A stretch of 64,000 nt of DNA from Solirubrobacteraceae bacterium (GCA_036269375.1 DATASE010000101.1:1915-65914); one strand, 5' to 3'. Shown: positions 1-11,100, numbered from the stretch's first letter. Notes: generated by a model not told the origin, from the sequence alone. Numbers and translations are program-made.

Positions 1-2
1 AG

Positions 3-437
3 GTGGCCGCCACCCTGAGGAACGTCGGAACCCAGGCGGGCAACACCGCGGTCGATGTCAGCCTGTACCGCCTCACCGACGGCGTCCCCGGACAAAGACC
101 TGTGGCGACCCGTCGCATCGTCACCGAGTTCGTGGCGCCCGGCAAGACCAGCGGGCTGAGATCCGACATCGGACGACTGCACGGAGGCACATATCGCCTG
201 GTCGCCTCCTACTACGACTCCAGCGGCATACCGCAGACACTCGTCTCAGACTTCCAAGCACAACGGCAACTCGGGATCCTCGCCCAATTGCGCAGTTTCG
301 ACAGCGAACACCTGCTCCTGATCCCATCCCTGCTCATACTCGTGGGCGGCGTAGCCATCGCCCTGCTGCTCATCCGAGAACGCCGCCTGAAGAGCGCGCT
401 GGCGGCGGCCGAACGACGAGTGCGGCGATATGACTAG
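3..437 (+). CDS. Hypothetical membrane-anchored protein, C-terminal part (5' end lies outside the window)
   Basis: Open from the window edge; beta-rich segment followed by a hydrophobic helix (LLLIPSLLILVGGVAIALLLI) and a basic tail; stop overlaps the next start. Confidence 0.55.
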   Translation: MAATLRNVGTQAGNTAVDVSLYRLTDGVPGQRPVATRRIVTEFVAPGKTSGLRSDIGRLHGGTYRLVASYYDSSGIPQTLVSDFQAQRQLGILAQLRSFDSEHLLLIPSLLILVGGVAIALLLIRERRLKSALAAAERRVRRYD

Positions 438-3400
438 AGGACCTGGACGCGCCGATTGGCTCGTGGGGGGCGCTAAGATCGTGGAGCTGATCCGCTCTAG
501 GGACTGGGCGCAGACGCAGCTCGGCCCGATCGAGTCTTGGCCGGAGAGCCTGCGAACCACCGTGTCGCTGTGCCTGGCCTCCTCGTTTCCGATCAACGTG
601 ATCTGGGGGCCCAGTTACGTACAGATCTGGAACGAGGGTTACTCGCACGTCTGTGGAGAGAAGCACCCCGTTGCGCTGGGCAGCGACTACCGGGAGTGCT
701 GGGCGTCCGCGTGGCCGGCGATCGGCGCGGCGTTTGAGACGGCCTGCGCGGGCGAGACCGCATACCTCGAGAACCAGCCCATGTTCCTCGACCGCAACGG
801 CTATCTCGAGGAAACCTGCTTCACGTTCTCTCTCAGCCCGATTCGCGACCAGTGCGGCGTCGTCGTCGGACTCTTCCATCCCGTCACGGAAACTACCTCA
901 CGGATGCTCTCGGAGCGTCGCACGCGCTCGCTGCGCGATCTCTCCAGCCGCGCGGTTCGCGCACGCAGCGTCGAGGACGCCACCGCGCTGTCTATGCAAG
1001 TTCTGTCCGGCTTTGCCACAGACCTCCCGTTCGTGCTGCTCTACCTGTGCGACGAGGACGGTCATGGCGCACGCCTGGCGGGTCACACCGGCCTGCAGCC
1101 GGGCCACGCGGCCAGCCCCGGCACCATCGACCTGGCCGACACCGCTGTGGATTCTCCAATCGCGAGCGTCGTACATAGCGGTCAGGCGAGCCACATCAGC
1201 GATCTGCGCGCGCGTTATGGCGACGTCCACGCCGGCCCCTATGAGGAGCCGGTCGAGCAGGCGCTGCTTTTGCCGATCACCCCACCAGGCGCTGCCCGGC
1301 CGGCGGGTGTGCTGGTCGCCGGGGTGAGTACGCGCCTACCGCTGGATGAGACCTACCGCGGCTTCTTCGACCTTGTAGCCGCGGGTGTCACGAGCGCGCT
1401 CGCCAACGCGCTCGCCTACGAGCAGGAGCGCCAGCGAGCCGAGGCGCTCGCCGAGATCGACCGTGCGAAGACCGCGTTCTTCTCCAACGTCTCGCACGAG
1501 TTCCGCACACCGCTGACACTGATGCTGGGGCCACTCGAGGACGAGCTCGCGGAAACCGAGACGCTACAACCGCTGCGTCGCGAGCGTCTGGAGACCGCGC
1601 ATCGCAACAGCATGCGACTGCTGCGGCTGGTGAACTCGCTGCTGGACTTCTCGCGGATCGAATCCGGGCGCGTGCAGGCCAACTACCTTCCGACCGATCT
1701 TGCCGCCTACACGGCCGATCTCGCAAGCCTGTTCAGATCGGCCACGGAGAGGGCCGACCTGAATCTGCTCGTCGACTGTGAGCCGCTGCCCGAGCCGCTG
1801 CTCGTCGACCGCGACATGTGGGAGAAGATCGTCCTCAATCTGCTCTCCAACGCGTTCAAGCACACGTTCGAGGGCACGATCACAGTCGCCGTGCGCTGGC
1901 GCGGAGATGGCGCCGAGCTGTCGGTGACGGACACCGGCGTAGGTATCTGCGCAGATGAGCTCCCCCGCCTGTTCGAGCGCTTCCACCGTGTCAAGGACAC
2001 TCGTTCGCGCAGCTTCGAGGGCACGGGTATCGGCCTTGCGCTCGTGCAGGAGCTCGCGCGACTGCATGGCGGCGAGGTGGGGGTGCGCAGCAAGCACGGT
2101 CGTGGCAGCACGTTCACCGTCAGCGTCAAGGCCGGACGCGCGCACCTGCCGGCGGATCAGGTTCATGATGCGGCGGATCCAGCCACGGCGAGCGGCGGCG
2201 CCGTCGCTCACATCGACGAGGCGCTGCGCTGGCTGGTTTCGCAAGAGCCTCCGGCGGTAGCATCCGACACCGACGGCGCTGCCCGCGATCTGGGGGCCGA
2301 CGGCGCGAGCACGAGAGAGCATGTGCTGCTCGCCGACGATAACGAGGACATGCGCACGCACGTGCGCCGCTTGCTGGAGCCCCGCTTCGAGGTCACCGCC
2401 GTCAGCGACGGCGCCGCCGCTCTGCAGACGGCGCTCGCCAAGCCACCCGACCTTGTGTTGACGGACGTCATGATGCCCCGGCTCGACGGCTTCGGGCTGC
2501 TGCAGGCGTTGCGCGAAGAGGACCACACGCGAACCATCCCCGTGATCATGCTGTCGGCGCGCGCTGGCGAGGAGGCTGCCATCGAGGGCATCGGCGCTGG
2601 CGCAGACGACTATCTGGTCAAGCCGTTCTCGGCGAAGGAGCTAATCGCGCGCGTCTGCGGCTGCCTTGCGCTCGCACGATTGCGAGCAGAATCGGAACGA
2701 GCGCTGCAGGCGGCGAACGACGAGCTCGCGGCGGCCACACGCGCCAAGAGCCAGTTCCTCGCGAACATGAGCCACGAGATCCGAACGCCGATGAACGCGA
2801 TCATCGGCATGACCTCGTTCCTGCTGCAATCGTCGCTGACCGAGGAGCAGAGCGAGTACGCCGAAATCGTGCGCTCTAGCGGAGAGCATTTGCTAAACCT
2901 GATCAGCGACGTGCTCGACTTCTCCAAGATCGAAGCCGGCGCGATCGTCATGAGAGAGGAGCCCTTCAGCGTGCGGCAGTGCGTCGAGGATGCGATCGAC
3001 ATCGTGAACGTCGCCGCTACAAAGAAGGGGCTCAAGCTCACTCATCGCATCGAGCCTGGCGTGCCAGGCTGGATGGTAGGCGACGCCGGCCGGCTGCGCC
3101 AGGTCCTGATCAATCTGCTGGGCAACGCCGTCAAGTTCACCGAGACCGGCGGGGTTGAGCTCACCGTCTCGAGCACGCCCGTGGATGATGGCAGCGCCGA
3201 GGTGCGCTTCGCCGTGCGCGACACGGGCATCGGCATCCCCGACGAGGCTCAGTCCGGACTATTCGACGCGTTCGTCCAAGTCGACGGCACGACCACGCGC
3301 TCACGCGAGGGAACGGGACTCGGGCTTGCGATCTCCGCGCGGCTCGCCGAGCTGATGGGCGGCGGCATAACGGTCCACAGCCAGACCGGCGAGGGTTCGA

Positions 3401-3942
3401 CATTCGAGCTGACAGCGGTGGCGAGCACGGTAGACCCGCCCACATCCAGAGCCGACTCTGAGAACGGCGGTGCGATCGCCGAGCGGTCGAGCCCGCGGAC
3501 GCAACAGCTGCGCATCCTCATCGTCGACGACAACCATGCCAATCAACGCGTCACCACAAGACTGCTGGAGAGACTCGGCTATGAGTCGGGCGTGGCGGGC
3601 AACGGGCAGGAGGCCATCGAAGCCCTGGAGCGTGAGAGCTACGACCTCGTCTTCATGGACGTGCAGATGCCGGTGCTCGACGGGCTCGAGGCGACGCGCC
3701 GCATCCGTGACCGCTGGCCGCGGTCGCAGGGTCCGAGGATCGTGGGGCTCACCGGCCATGCCTCCGAGGAGGCCCGACGCGAATGCATGGCCGCCGGTAT
3801 GGACGAATGTCTCGTCAAGCCGGTCATCTTCGACCAGTACGCGGAGGCGCTTGCCAAAGCCAGTACGGCCCTGCGCACGCAGACGCAGGACAACCGACCG
3901 CGCGAGGGCGCCCGACCGGGCGACACCGCGTATTTGTCTTAG
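430..3942 (+). CDS. Hybrid sensor histidine kinase with two kinase cores and two receivers (PAS-like/GAF-HisKA-HATPase-REC-HisKA-HATPase-REC)
   Basis: H-boxes [12 protein letters not shown] and [12 protein letters not shown]; N-boxes NLLSNAFK and NLLGNAVK; G-boxes GTGIGL and GTGLGL; receivers [10 protein letters not shown] and [10 protein letters not shown]. Confidence 0.93.
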   Translation: MTRGPGRADWLVGGAKIVELIRSRDWAQTQLGPIESWPESLRTTVSLCLASSFPINVIWGPSYVQIWNEGYSHVCGEKHPVALGSDYRECWASAWPAIGAAFETACAGETAYLENQPMFLDRNGYLEETCFTFSLSPIRDQCGVVVGLFHPVTETTSRMLSERRTRSLRDLSSRAVRARSVEDATALSMQVLSGFATDLPFVLLYLCDEDGHGARLAGHTGLQPGHAASPGTIDLADTAVDSPIASVVHSGQASHISDLRARYGDVHAGPYEEPVEQALLLPITPPGAARPAGVLVAGVSTRLPLDETYRGFFDLVAAGVTSALANALAYEQERQRAEALAEIDRAKTAFFSNVSHEFRTPLTLMLGPLEDELAETETLQPLRRERLETAHRNSMRLLRLVNSLLDFSRIESGRVQANYLPTDLAAYTADLASLFRSATERADLNLLVDCEPLPEPLLVDRDMWEKIVLNLLSNAFKHTFEGTITVAVRWRGDGAELSVTDTGVGICADELPRLFERFHRVKDTRSRSFEGTGIGLALVQELARLHGGEVGVRSKHGRGSTFTVSVKAGRAHLPADQVHDAADPATASGGAVAHIDEALRWLVSQEPPAVASDTDGAARDLGADGASTREHVLLADDNEDMRTHVRRLLEPRFEVTAVSDGAAALQTALAKPPDLVLTDVMMPRLDGFGLLQALREEDHTRTIPVIMLSARAGEEAAIEGIGAGADDYLVKPFSAKELIARVCGCLALARLRAESERALQAANDELAAATRAKSQFLANMSHEIRTPMNAIIGMTSFLLQSSLTEEQSEYAEIVRSSGEHLLNLISDVLDFSKIEAGAIVMREEPFSVRQCVEDAIDIVNVAATKKGLKLTHRIEPGVPGWMVGDAGRLRQVLINLLGNAVKFTETGGVELTVSSTPVDDGSAEVRFAVRDTGIGIPDEAQSGLFDAFVQVDGTTTRSREGTGLGLAISARLAELMGGGITVHSQTGEGSTFELTAVASTVDPPTSRADSENGGAIAERSSPRTQQLRILIVDDNHANQRVTTRLLERLGYESGVAGNGQEAIEALERESYDLVFMDVQMPVLDGLEATRRIRDRWPRSQGPRIVGLTGHASEEARRECMAAGMDECLVKPVIFDQYAEALAKASTALRTQTQDNRPREGARPGDTAYLS

Positions 3943-4176
3943 ACCCTATGGAGCGTCGGCTCTTCGGCGTGTGGGGCAGGATGGGTCGGCACCCCGCGCA
4001 TAGTTGTGCAGGGACTGGGTGTCAGGGTGGTCCTGGCGCCGACACCCCAGCTATGGGAGGTGCCGACCATGTCAAAGAGTGTGGCCCTTGTCGGGCTTGA
4101 TGTTCACCAGGCGCAGACGGTCGCGGCGGTGCTTGATCCGGGCACCGGCGAGCTGTTTGTGCAGTGACTGCGTGGT
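3943..4176 (+). mobile_element. IS110-family remnant: left non-coding end plus truncated transposase N-terminus
   Basis: RBS GGGAGG at 4055-4060 and ATG at 4069 give MSKSVALVGLDVHQAQTVAAVLDPGTGELFVQ*LRG; the GLDVH motif is typical of IS110 DEDD recombinases; in-frame TGA at 4165; sequence then switches to IS66. Confidence 0.75.
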
Positions 4177-5634
4177 TAGGTGAGGGTGGGAGTTGGGTCG
4201 CCGCGGGCGTGGGCGGTGTGTAGCTCGCTGAGGTATTCGAAGAGTGAGCGGTGTTGTAGGCGGCAGGTGATCGAGGCGGAGAGCAGGCGTTGGATGCGTT
4301 TCTCGCCGTCTTGGGACTGGCTGCCGAGGGAGAGCTTGCGGTAGATGACGGCGCCGCGGAGGCTGCGCTCGGCGTGGTTGTTGGTCGGCTGCACGCCGTC
4401 GTTGGCGGCGAACGTCCAAAGCGCGCTCCATGCTTTGGTGAGGTTTCTCGCCATGCCGCGGCAGTATTTGTTGCGGGCGCGTTTGCTGGCGTAGCTGGCG
4501 ATGATCGGCTGATACTCGCTGGCGAGCGCGTCGATTGTGCGCCTCAGCTGCCGGCGGTCGTGGGTGTGCTGGAAGATCTCCCAGGCCCAGAAGACGCGCT
4601 CGCATAGGACTAGGCCGTGCTCGCCGAACTCTTTCTCCGCGGCGAGCCCTTCGGCGTGCGCCTTGAAGTCTCTGCGCAGGTGTGACCAGCAGATTTGCCG
4701 TCGCTCAAGGGGTAGGTGGTTATAGGCCCACCAGCGATCGGAGGTGACGATCCCCTCGTGCCCGGCGAGCAGCATCTTGGCGTGCTCTTCGTGGGCGGCC
4801 AGCGGCGATGTGGAAGATCGCGTGACGGTCCGTGAACATGCCCCACAGGGCGCGCTGGGTGCCTTTCAGCCGCCAGCCGGTCTCGTCCATGCTCAGGCTC
4901 TCGCTGGCACGCACCCGAGCAAGCAGCTGCTCGCAGGGGTCATCGAGCGCGTTCGCGGTGCGCGTCAGGATCGTGTCGGCCGTGCCGGCGCTGATGCGCG
5001 CTCCGAACAGCTCTTCAACCAGCTCCACCACATCACGGCGGCTTATGCGGTTGCGCGCCGAGAGTACAGCCACGGCAGCTTCAAAGCGCGGCCCGAACGC
5101 GCTGCCCGCGATCTCTCCGGGAAGCTCCGCCCGTGTCCTCTTGCCACAGCCAGGGCAGCACACTCGCTGCGCGCGGTGCTCGATCACCACGGTCGATATG
5201 ACCGGCAGCTCTTCGACCTGATGGCGGCGGGGCTTGCCCATCGGCACGAGCTCTGCGGCCGCGAACACATGGCCACAGCCACAACGCTCGGGCCAATGCT
5301 CGATGACCTCCTCGACCGCGCTCGCCGGCAACAGCTCACGGCCGTGGCCCTCGTGGCCAGACTGCGCGCCCTGCGAACGCCCAGAAGGATCCTTGCCGCG
5401 GACAGGGAGGCGTTTTCCCGGCGGGTCCGCGCTCGGCGGCTGCGAAGAGTTACGCGACGAGCGCCCAAGCTGGCGCTCCAACGCCAAGATCCGCTCGTCC
5501 TGACGGGCGACCCTCGCAGTCAGCTGCTCAACCTGCGCCGCCAGCCGCTCGTTCTGCTCCGAGAGCGCCACCAACACAGACACCACCGCATCGCGACCCT
5601 GCTCAAAGATCGCCTCCGCCTCGGCCCGCTCCAC
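4176..5634 (-). pseudogene. IS66 transposase split by a +1 frameshift near 4793-4795
   Basis: 4720..5634 carries the coiled coil, NSSQPPS, Zn-finger cysteines and DETGW; 4176..4775 carries TSDRW, QICWSHLRRDF and PTNNHAER; one extra C in CGC-C-CAC joins the frames. Confidence 0.88.
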
Positions 5635-5688
5635 ACCCCACGATTCGACAGCAAACTATGTCTACCTACCCACCAACTGAACGGCTAC
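4176..5688 (-). mobile_element. IS66-family element (single tnpC type); one terminal repeat visible
   Basis: End GTAGCCGTTCAG on the minus strand at 5688-5677; transposase motifs below; no matching repeat seen after the stop at 4176. Confidence 0.85.
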
Positions 5689-5760
5689 AAGAATGACCTC
5701 CTGAGCAGGGTCTTTACGGCTGTATCGGGCAGCCGGGGTCTGCGGTCAGGAGTCACCTTC

Positions 5761-6692
5761 ATGGTGCAGGATGACAAGCCGGTCGGACCGGATGGTGTGG
5801 CGGTGGTCTTCGAGATGAGCGAGTGGTCTCGGACACCGGTGTGGCGCTGGTCGCGACGCTCGCGGGCAGGTTGGGTCGAGGTGCTCGCGGGCGATCTGGT
5901 GCGCCTGCGCCGCGAGGTGCCTAGTGCGGCCAACGCGGGGTCGCAAGGTGATGGCTCTCTTGTTCGCCATAGTGCTCGGCGCTTGACAGTATCGATGATT
6001 GCGATTGCTGCGGGGCGGCGCACGCGCTGACTGCTCGGCGGCTGGTTGCCGGCACCATCGACGCTCGGAACGTTTTTGCGTGTGTTCGCCTTCGGGCACG
6101 TGCGCCAGTTCGATGCGCTGCTCGGACTGCTCTTGAGCGTGCATGGAGGGCCGGCGCCGGGCCTGGTGAGGAGCGCCTGGTGATCGATGTCGACAGCTTC
6201 GTCGGTAAGGTCTGTGGACGGCTCAAGCAGGGCGCTGCCTACGGGTACACGAAGCTGCTTGGGTATCACCCGATCCTCGCTACCAGGGGCGGACACGCGT
6301 GAGGTGCTGCAAATCCGTCTGCGCAAGGGCTCGGCGAACACGCAGAAGGGGATGCTGCGCTTCACAGATGAGCTGGTCGCGCACGTCGCTCGGGCGGGTG
6401 CGAGCGGGTCAAGATGCTGCGAGCCGACTCGGGATTCTGGAAACGAAGGTCTTCGAGCGTCTGGAGAAGCCGGCTGGCAGTACTCGATCGGAGTACGGTT
6501 GCAAAAGGGTATCACGAGGCAGTGGAGGCGATCCAGGAGGGCTCCTGGGCCAAGATCGAGGACTACCCACCGACGGGGAGGCACAGATCGCCGAGACCAC
6601 GTATGGCGGGCGACGGTTGATCGTCAGACGCACCCGGCTGCTCGGTCGGCAAGCCGAGCTGTGGCCCGACTGGCGATACTTCTGTTTCGTCA
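5761..6692 (+). pseudogene. IS1380-family transposase, multiply frameshifted and 3'-truncated
   Basis: Fragments in shifting frames: MVQDDKPVGPDGVAVVF, LGYHPILAT, EVLQIRLRKGSANT, MLRADSGFW, RRLIVRRTRL..QAELWPDWRYFCF. Confidence 0.8.
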
Positions 6693-7114
6693 TGGCCAGC
6701 TTCTCGGTGTCTATCGGGCAGCCGCCCTAGCCTCTGGGTCCTCGTAGAGTGTTGATCATCTCGACGAGATCTTGGTCAACAGGTGCCCTTTCGTGCTCGT
6801 GGCAGCAGCGCGGCTGATCTTTTCGCGGGCGTCCAATGTCCGCCCAGCTGAGGAACGTCCGCTGCTCCGTCAACGTGCGGGTCCCTGCGTGGGTGTGGCG
6901 GCCGATCCAGGAGATGACGATTTCGTTGTCCTCGGCGAACACGCCCTCCTTGAGCCGCGTTCTGGCGTCGTGCTTCGGCTTCAAACACTTCAGGGGTTGC
7001 GGGTGACCCGCGAAACCCTCGCCCAATAGGGACCAAATAAGGCTAAAATGCCCCACGCACCGACCGGCTCCGCTCTGACATACTGTGCGAAAAGCCCTGG
7101 AACATGGGCCTCCA

Positions 7115-7186
7115 GGGCGCGTAGCTCAGTGGGAGAGCGCTCGCTTCACACGCGAGAGGTCGCAGGTTCGAAACCCGCCGCGCCCA
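7115..7186 (+). tRNA. tRNA-Val (anticodon CAC), CCA not encoded
   Basis: Acceptor stem GGGCGCG/CGCGCCC; D arm TAGCTCAGTGGGAGAGC; anticodon arm CTCGC-TTCACAC-GCGAG; T loop GGTTCGAAA (one A-C mismatch in the T stem). Confidence 0.95.
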
Positions 7187-7297
7187 TGCGGTATTTAGTC
7201 CCCCGGCTGAGCGCTGGCGGGTCTTGTTTTCCCACTTCGTTCCCCAGTTCGCCGCCGGCAGAGCGTACCGACTTAGGCCGTTGGTAGGCTCGCCGCC

Positions 7298-8554
7298 ATG
7301 GCTGTGACTACCGCCCCGACTTTCTTTGAGGCGCCGGATGTCCGATCCCGTGAACGCCTACACGAGGCGGGCACCTACCGCGGCGTGCCAGCCTACGTGC
7401 TCGACGTGCCCGAGACGATCCCTCAGCTCGGGTATGGCTCCCACCAGTTCTTCCGGTACTACGGCAAGTTCCCGTCAGTTGTCGGTGCGGAGATTGTGAA
7501 GCGTCACGGAGTGGACGGCGCGCCGGTTCTGGACTGCTACGCCGGCAGCGGAACCACACTCGTTGAGGCGCAGAGCGCCGGCTACCCGTCCTACGGGCTG
7601 GACATCAACCCGCTCGCGGTGCTCGCTAGCCAAGTCAAGCTGAGCTACGTCGACCCCACCGAGCTGAGAGGCGCACTCGGCCAGGTCGCCGCAGCCGCCC
7701 CGCAGCTCGTCAAGGAGCATCCCGATCTGCCGAGGTCAATGAGCGTAGCGAAGCTGGACAAGTGGTTTTCGCCGGCAGCGCAGCAAGAGCTCGCCTGCCT
7801 TCGGGACGCTCTCATGCAGCTGCCGCCGTCGGCCACGCGATCTTTCCTCCTCATTTCCTTCCTCGGCATCGTGCGCCGAGTCTCAACGGCTTACGACGGC
7901 GAGGTCCGTCCGCACGTCAACCCCGACAAGCGGCAACGCTCGCCCATCGCCGCATTCGTGCGCAAGGCGACCGAGATGGTCGACGCCCTCCACGAGGTTG
8001 AAGCCCTCCGCCCTCCGGAAGTCATCGGTACGTGCAAGCTCGGCGACAACAGAGCGCCCGCACAGTATGAATCGCTGCTAGGCGAGGCCAAGCCAGGTCT
8101 CGTCGTCGCTCACCCGCCTTACCTGAACTCGTTCAACTACCTCCAGGTCTTTAGTCTTGAGTTCGCTTGGAGCGAGGGATTTGACGAGGTGTTTCAAGGA
8201 GTCCCGCTAGCGACCCTTCGCGAAGCGGAGCACAGAGCCTGGCCGGCGACCGACGATCTGTTGCTCGCGAAGTACTACGAGGATTTCGAGAACGCGCTCC
8301 GCACCGCCTCGGCGGTGGCGGCACCTTCGGCTCGCGTCGCGGTCGTGATCGGCGACGCAACGATCCGGCGGCGGCTTGAGGCCGTGCACGTTGTGATGTG
8401 GGAGGCGCTTGAAGCGCTAGGACTACAGCCGGTGGAGGTCTGGTTCCGGACTACGCATTACGGCATCGGGAAGTACGCGTACAGCCATAGGGCGGACTAT
8501 CACGGAGCCGACGCCGAGAAGAAGGATGCGATCCTCGTCTTTGAAAAGCCCTAG
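7298..8554 (+). CDS. DNA amino-methyltransferase (N4-C/N6-A, alpha motif order)
   Basis: Motif X-like YYGKFP; motif I LDCYAGSGTT; GLDINP; motif IV variant AHPPY near the C-terminus; VVIGD. Confidence 0.88.
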   Translation: MAVTTAPTFFEAPDVRSRERLHEAGTYRGVPAYVLDVPETIPQLGYGSHQFFRYYGKFPSVVGAEIVKRHGVDGAPVLDCYAGSGTTLVEAQSAGYPSYGLDINPLAVLASQVKLSYVDPTELRGALGQVAAAAPQLVKEHPDLPRSMSVAKLDKWFSPAAQQELACLRDALMQLPPSATRSFLLISFLGIVRRVSTAYDGEVRPHVNPDKRQRSPIAAFVRKATEMVDALHEVEALRPPEVIGTCKLGDNRAPAQYESLLGEAKPGLVVAHPPYLNSFNYLQVFSLEFAWSEGFDEVFQGVPLATLREAEHRAWPATDDLLLAKYYEDFENALRTASAVAAPSARVAVVIGDATIRRRLEAVHVVMWEALEALGLQPVEVWFRTTHYGIGKYAYSHRADYHGADAEKKDAILVFEKP

Positions 8555-9576
8555 ACGGGGTTCACGCGCGATACGTGCTCCGCGAGTATGGCGCGGAGGG
8601 TGCGGTCCTCGTCCGTCGGGAGCATCGCTCGGAAGTCGTCGTCACTGACGACGAAGGTGTCCTCGGGCTGTTTAGTCATGCCGATGAAGTAGGCCATGAA
8701 GCCTTTGAGGAAGTCATCCGCGTCGACTTTCTCCCGGACGTATTCGGCGTAGCGGATGATGCCGTCGTCCTTCACGAGGAACGTGTAGTCCACGTAGGTT
8801 CCGAGAACCTGGAGATCCTTCGTCGTCCAGTGCACACCGTTCCCGAGAGCTACAAAGCTGAGCAACACCTTGTCCGTGCCCTCGGCCTCCAGCGGCTTGA
8901 CGTTTTGGTTGTGCTGGAGATCAAGATCAATGGCGACGAGGGATGCCTGCTTAGCCTTCTCAATGGTCTGGATTCCGGAACCGAGTTTGTCCGACGCCGC
9001 GAACCGCTGTGCGCCGACACGCTTGCTCTCCAGCGATGCCAGCAGCCGGCTGAGGTCCACAACGTCTATGGAAGCCGTGCCGTCAGCTATGGCCGTGACG
9101 CGTAGGTCCATGTCTCGCTTCCGCAGGAACTCGTAGAGCGGGCCTCTTCGCGGCGTCGCATCCCCGACCTTTAGCTGGACGGGGCGGTCCCAGCCCGCGT
9201 TCAAGCTGACCTTCCGCGTGCCGTCGTTGACCGCCGCAACGGCAAGCCCATCGTAGATCTCATCGCCGGGCCCAAGCCGCTCCCGTGGCGTGATCCAGAA
9301 CCAGGAGAACTCAACCTTGTGGGCCGCCCCACTCCGCCCGGTCAGATGCCGCTCCAGATACATCCGCCGCGCCAGGTCGTCGTCCGCCTCCAGATACTTC
9401 TTCAGCATGAACTCCTGGACGACCCCGATCTTCCGCCCGACGGTCCGGCCGACGACAACATCGGTGAACTCCGAGAAGAAGTAGAAGATCTCGGAAATCC
9501 GCGGATCACGCTCGAGCCCGAGCGCGTCGGCAATCGGCTCGTCTGGCGGCAGTTCGGGCAGTTCGGCATCGGCCAC
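8551..9576 (-). CDS. Putative Type II restriction endonuclease (PD-(D/E)xK-like)
   Basis: Convergent with the MTase, stops share CTAG at 8551-8554; candidate catalytic motifs HKVEF and LESKRVG; size typical of Type II REases. Confidence 0.6.
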   Translation of the reverse strand: MADAELPELPPDEPIADALGLERDPRISEIFYFFSEFTDVVVGRTVGRKIGVVQEFMLKKYLEADDDLARRMYLERHLTGRSGAAHKVEFSWFWITPRERLGPGDEIYDGLAVAAVNDGTRKVSLNAGWDRPVQLKVGDATPRRGPLYEFLRKRDMDLRVTAIADGTASIDVVDLSRLLASLESKRVGAQRFAASDKLGSGIQTIEKAKQASLVAIDLDLQHNQNVKPLEAEGTDKVLLSFVALGNGVHWTTKDLQVLGTYVDYTFLVKDDGIIRYAEYVREKVDADDFLKGFMAYFIGMTKQPEDTFVVSDDDFRAMLPTDEDRTLRAILAEHVSRVNPV

Positions 9577-9847
9577 GCCTGCGTGATTCCGCGCCCTCTA
9601 CTCAAGTCCTCCCCGCAGACTACCCATCGGATCTCAACGTATCGCAACCTTCGCAGCCGGCTAGCAAATCGCGCTAGAGAAAACACAGCGGTGGACGAAC
9701 GTTCGACGTTATGAGAGAACGGCCGTTCGCTCTGTAAGAACGAGACGCCGCTCTGGTGCTTCTCGGGCCGGCCGAGCCATCCACGTAAGCACGCGCTCGT
9801 CACGCTCTCCGTCGGCTCGTAGATGCTCGGGCGCCCCCACGGGTGAG

Positions 9848-10321
9848 AACGAGTTCACCGACACTCTCGCGGCACTCGGAGCCCGTCACAGCCGCATCCA
9901 CGCAGGACGCCCCCAGGGGTCGCTGGAACTCGTTGCCGTTGTCTGAAAGCACGCGCTCGAGCTTCCAGCCCGCGGCTTTGAGATCGTGTGCGACGCGCCG
10001 GACCAGCCTTGAGGTGTGTGGCTGGGTAGGGCGGCCATCCGGGCAGCGGATGAGCTCGGCCCACGCAGACCAATGGACACGTCGAGCGCCTGCACCGCAC
10101 GATCCTCGAGGAATGCTGGCGCCCTGCCTTCGCACGCTACCTCTACCTGCGCTATCGCGGCCTGCAGCGCGAGCTCGACACCTACATCCACTACTACAAC
10201 CACGAGCGCGCTCACACCGGGCGACTCACCAACGGGACCATACCCGCCGAACTCGTCTACGGTGCGCGAAAGATGGCGCCTCAATGACCCGCGACTGTCG
10301 ACACATCCCGGAGTCTGGTCA
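9848..10321. mobile_element. Scrambled IS481-family remnant
   Basis: Plus strand NEFTDTLAALGARHSRIHAGRPQ (~9848-9916); minus strand GWKLERVLSDNGNEF (~9918-10010); plus strand QTNGHVERLHRTILEECW...YYNHERAH to the stop at 10287; end-like TGTCGACACATCCCGGAGTCTGGTCA. Confidence 0.8.
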
Positions 10322-10407
10322 GGCTAAGCGGCTTGAGGGTCGTCCTCGGCCGGTCGCGCTCCCGCCGCCGCGATTAGCGGCCCGGGGCCACGCATGCTGG
10401 CCGTCCC

Positions 10408-11100
10408 TCACCGTTCTTCGGTCGCCGGTCCCGGATGCGGTTCGAGCAGCGCGCCGGGCTTTGAGTAGAACCCAGCCAGCGCCAGCACCTGGGCGCGCGT
10501 CAGGCGTCCGGCGAACGCTCTGGCGCCCGTGCCGTCTTCGTGCGCTCCCTGTTCGGTCAGCTTTTCGTAGCCGGCGAGCACGCGCTTGCCGATGCTCGAG
10601 AGGTAGAAGTGGGCGTTGTAGATCGAGTCGATGTACAGCGGCGAGTTGGCGCGCACGAAGCGCGCGATGGCCGGGCGGCCGGTGGCGATCGCCTCGACGG
10701 TGGTTTCGGTCAGCCGCCAGCCGCGCTCGGCCAGGCGATCGTAGTCTTCATAGAGGCCCGCGATGCCCGATGCGGGGCCGGTGACGGTGGCGGTGTCGGC
10801 CATGAAGCGGGGCGCCGGCAGCGACCCCGCAAGCGAGCTGGCCGCGCTCACCCCGGCCCGCAGGCGCGGCTGCATCCGTGCCGGCAGGCCGTCGTAGATC
10901 AGCGGCCAGACGGCACGCGCCGCGCGCACCTCGCGCGCCACCGGTGCCTGCAGCCCGCGCAGTTCCTCGGCTACCTGCACGAACTGGGCGCGCTGCAGCT
11001 CCAGTTCGCGCTGGGAGGACTGCGAGTGCGAGCAGCCGCCCAGCGCGCAGGCGCAAAGCAGCGCCAGCGTGAGGAGTACGGCTGGGCGCGGCGCGCTCAG
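10408..11100 (-). CDS. Hypothetical lipoprotein
   Basis: Signal peptide and lipobox LLCACALGGC; probably coupled to the FKBP stop (CTGA overlap); start uncertain. Confidence 0.6.
   Translation of the reverse strand: MSAPRPAVLLTLALLCACALGGCSHSQSSQRELELQRAQFVQVAEELRGLQAPVAREVRAARAVWPLIYDGLPARMQPRLRAGVSAASSLAGSLPAPRFMADTATVTGPASGIAGLYEDYDRLAERGWRLTETTVEAIATGRPAIARFVRANSPLYIDSIYNAHFYLSSIGKRVLAGYEKLTEQGAHEDGTGARAFAGRLTRAQVLALAGFYSKPGALLEPHPGPATEER

Noticed and set aside
6727-7056. 109-aa minus-strand ORF as a gene or integrase fragment
   Set aside because: No recognisable motif; lies in decayed DNA; left unannotated
7115-10400. Intact integrative element at tRNA-Val
   Set aside because: No integrase and no duplicate of the tRNA 3' end found by eye
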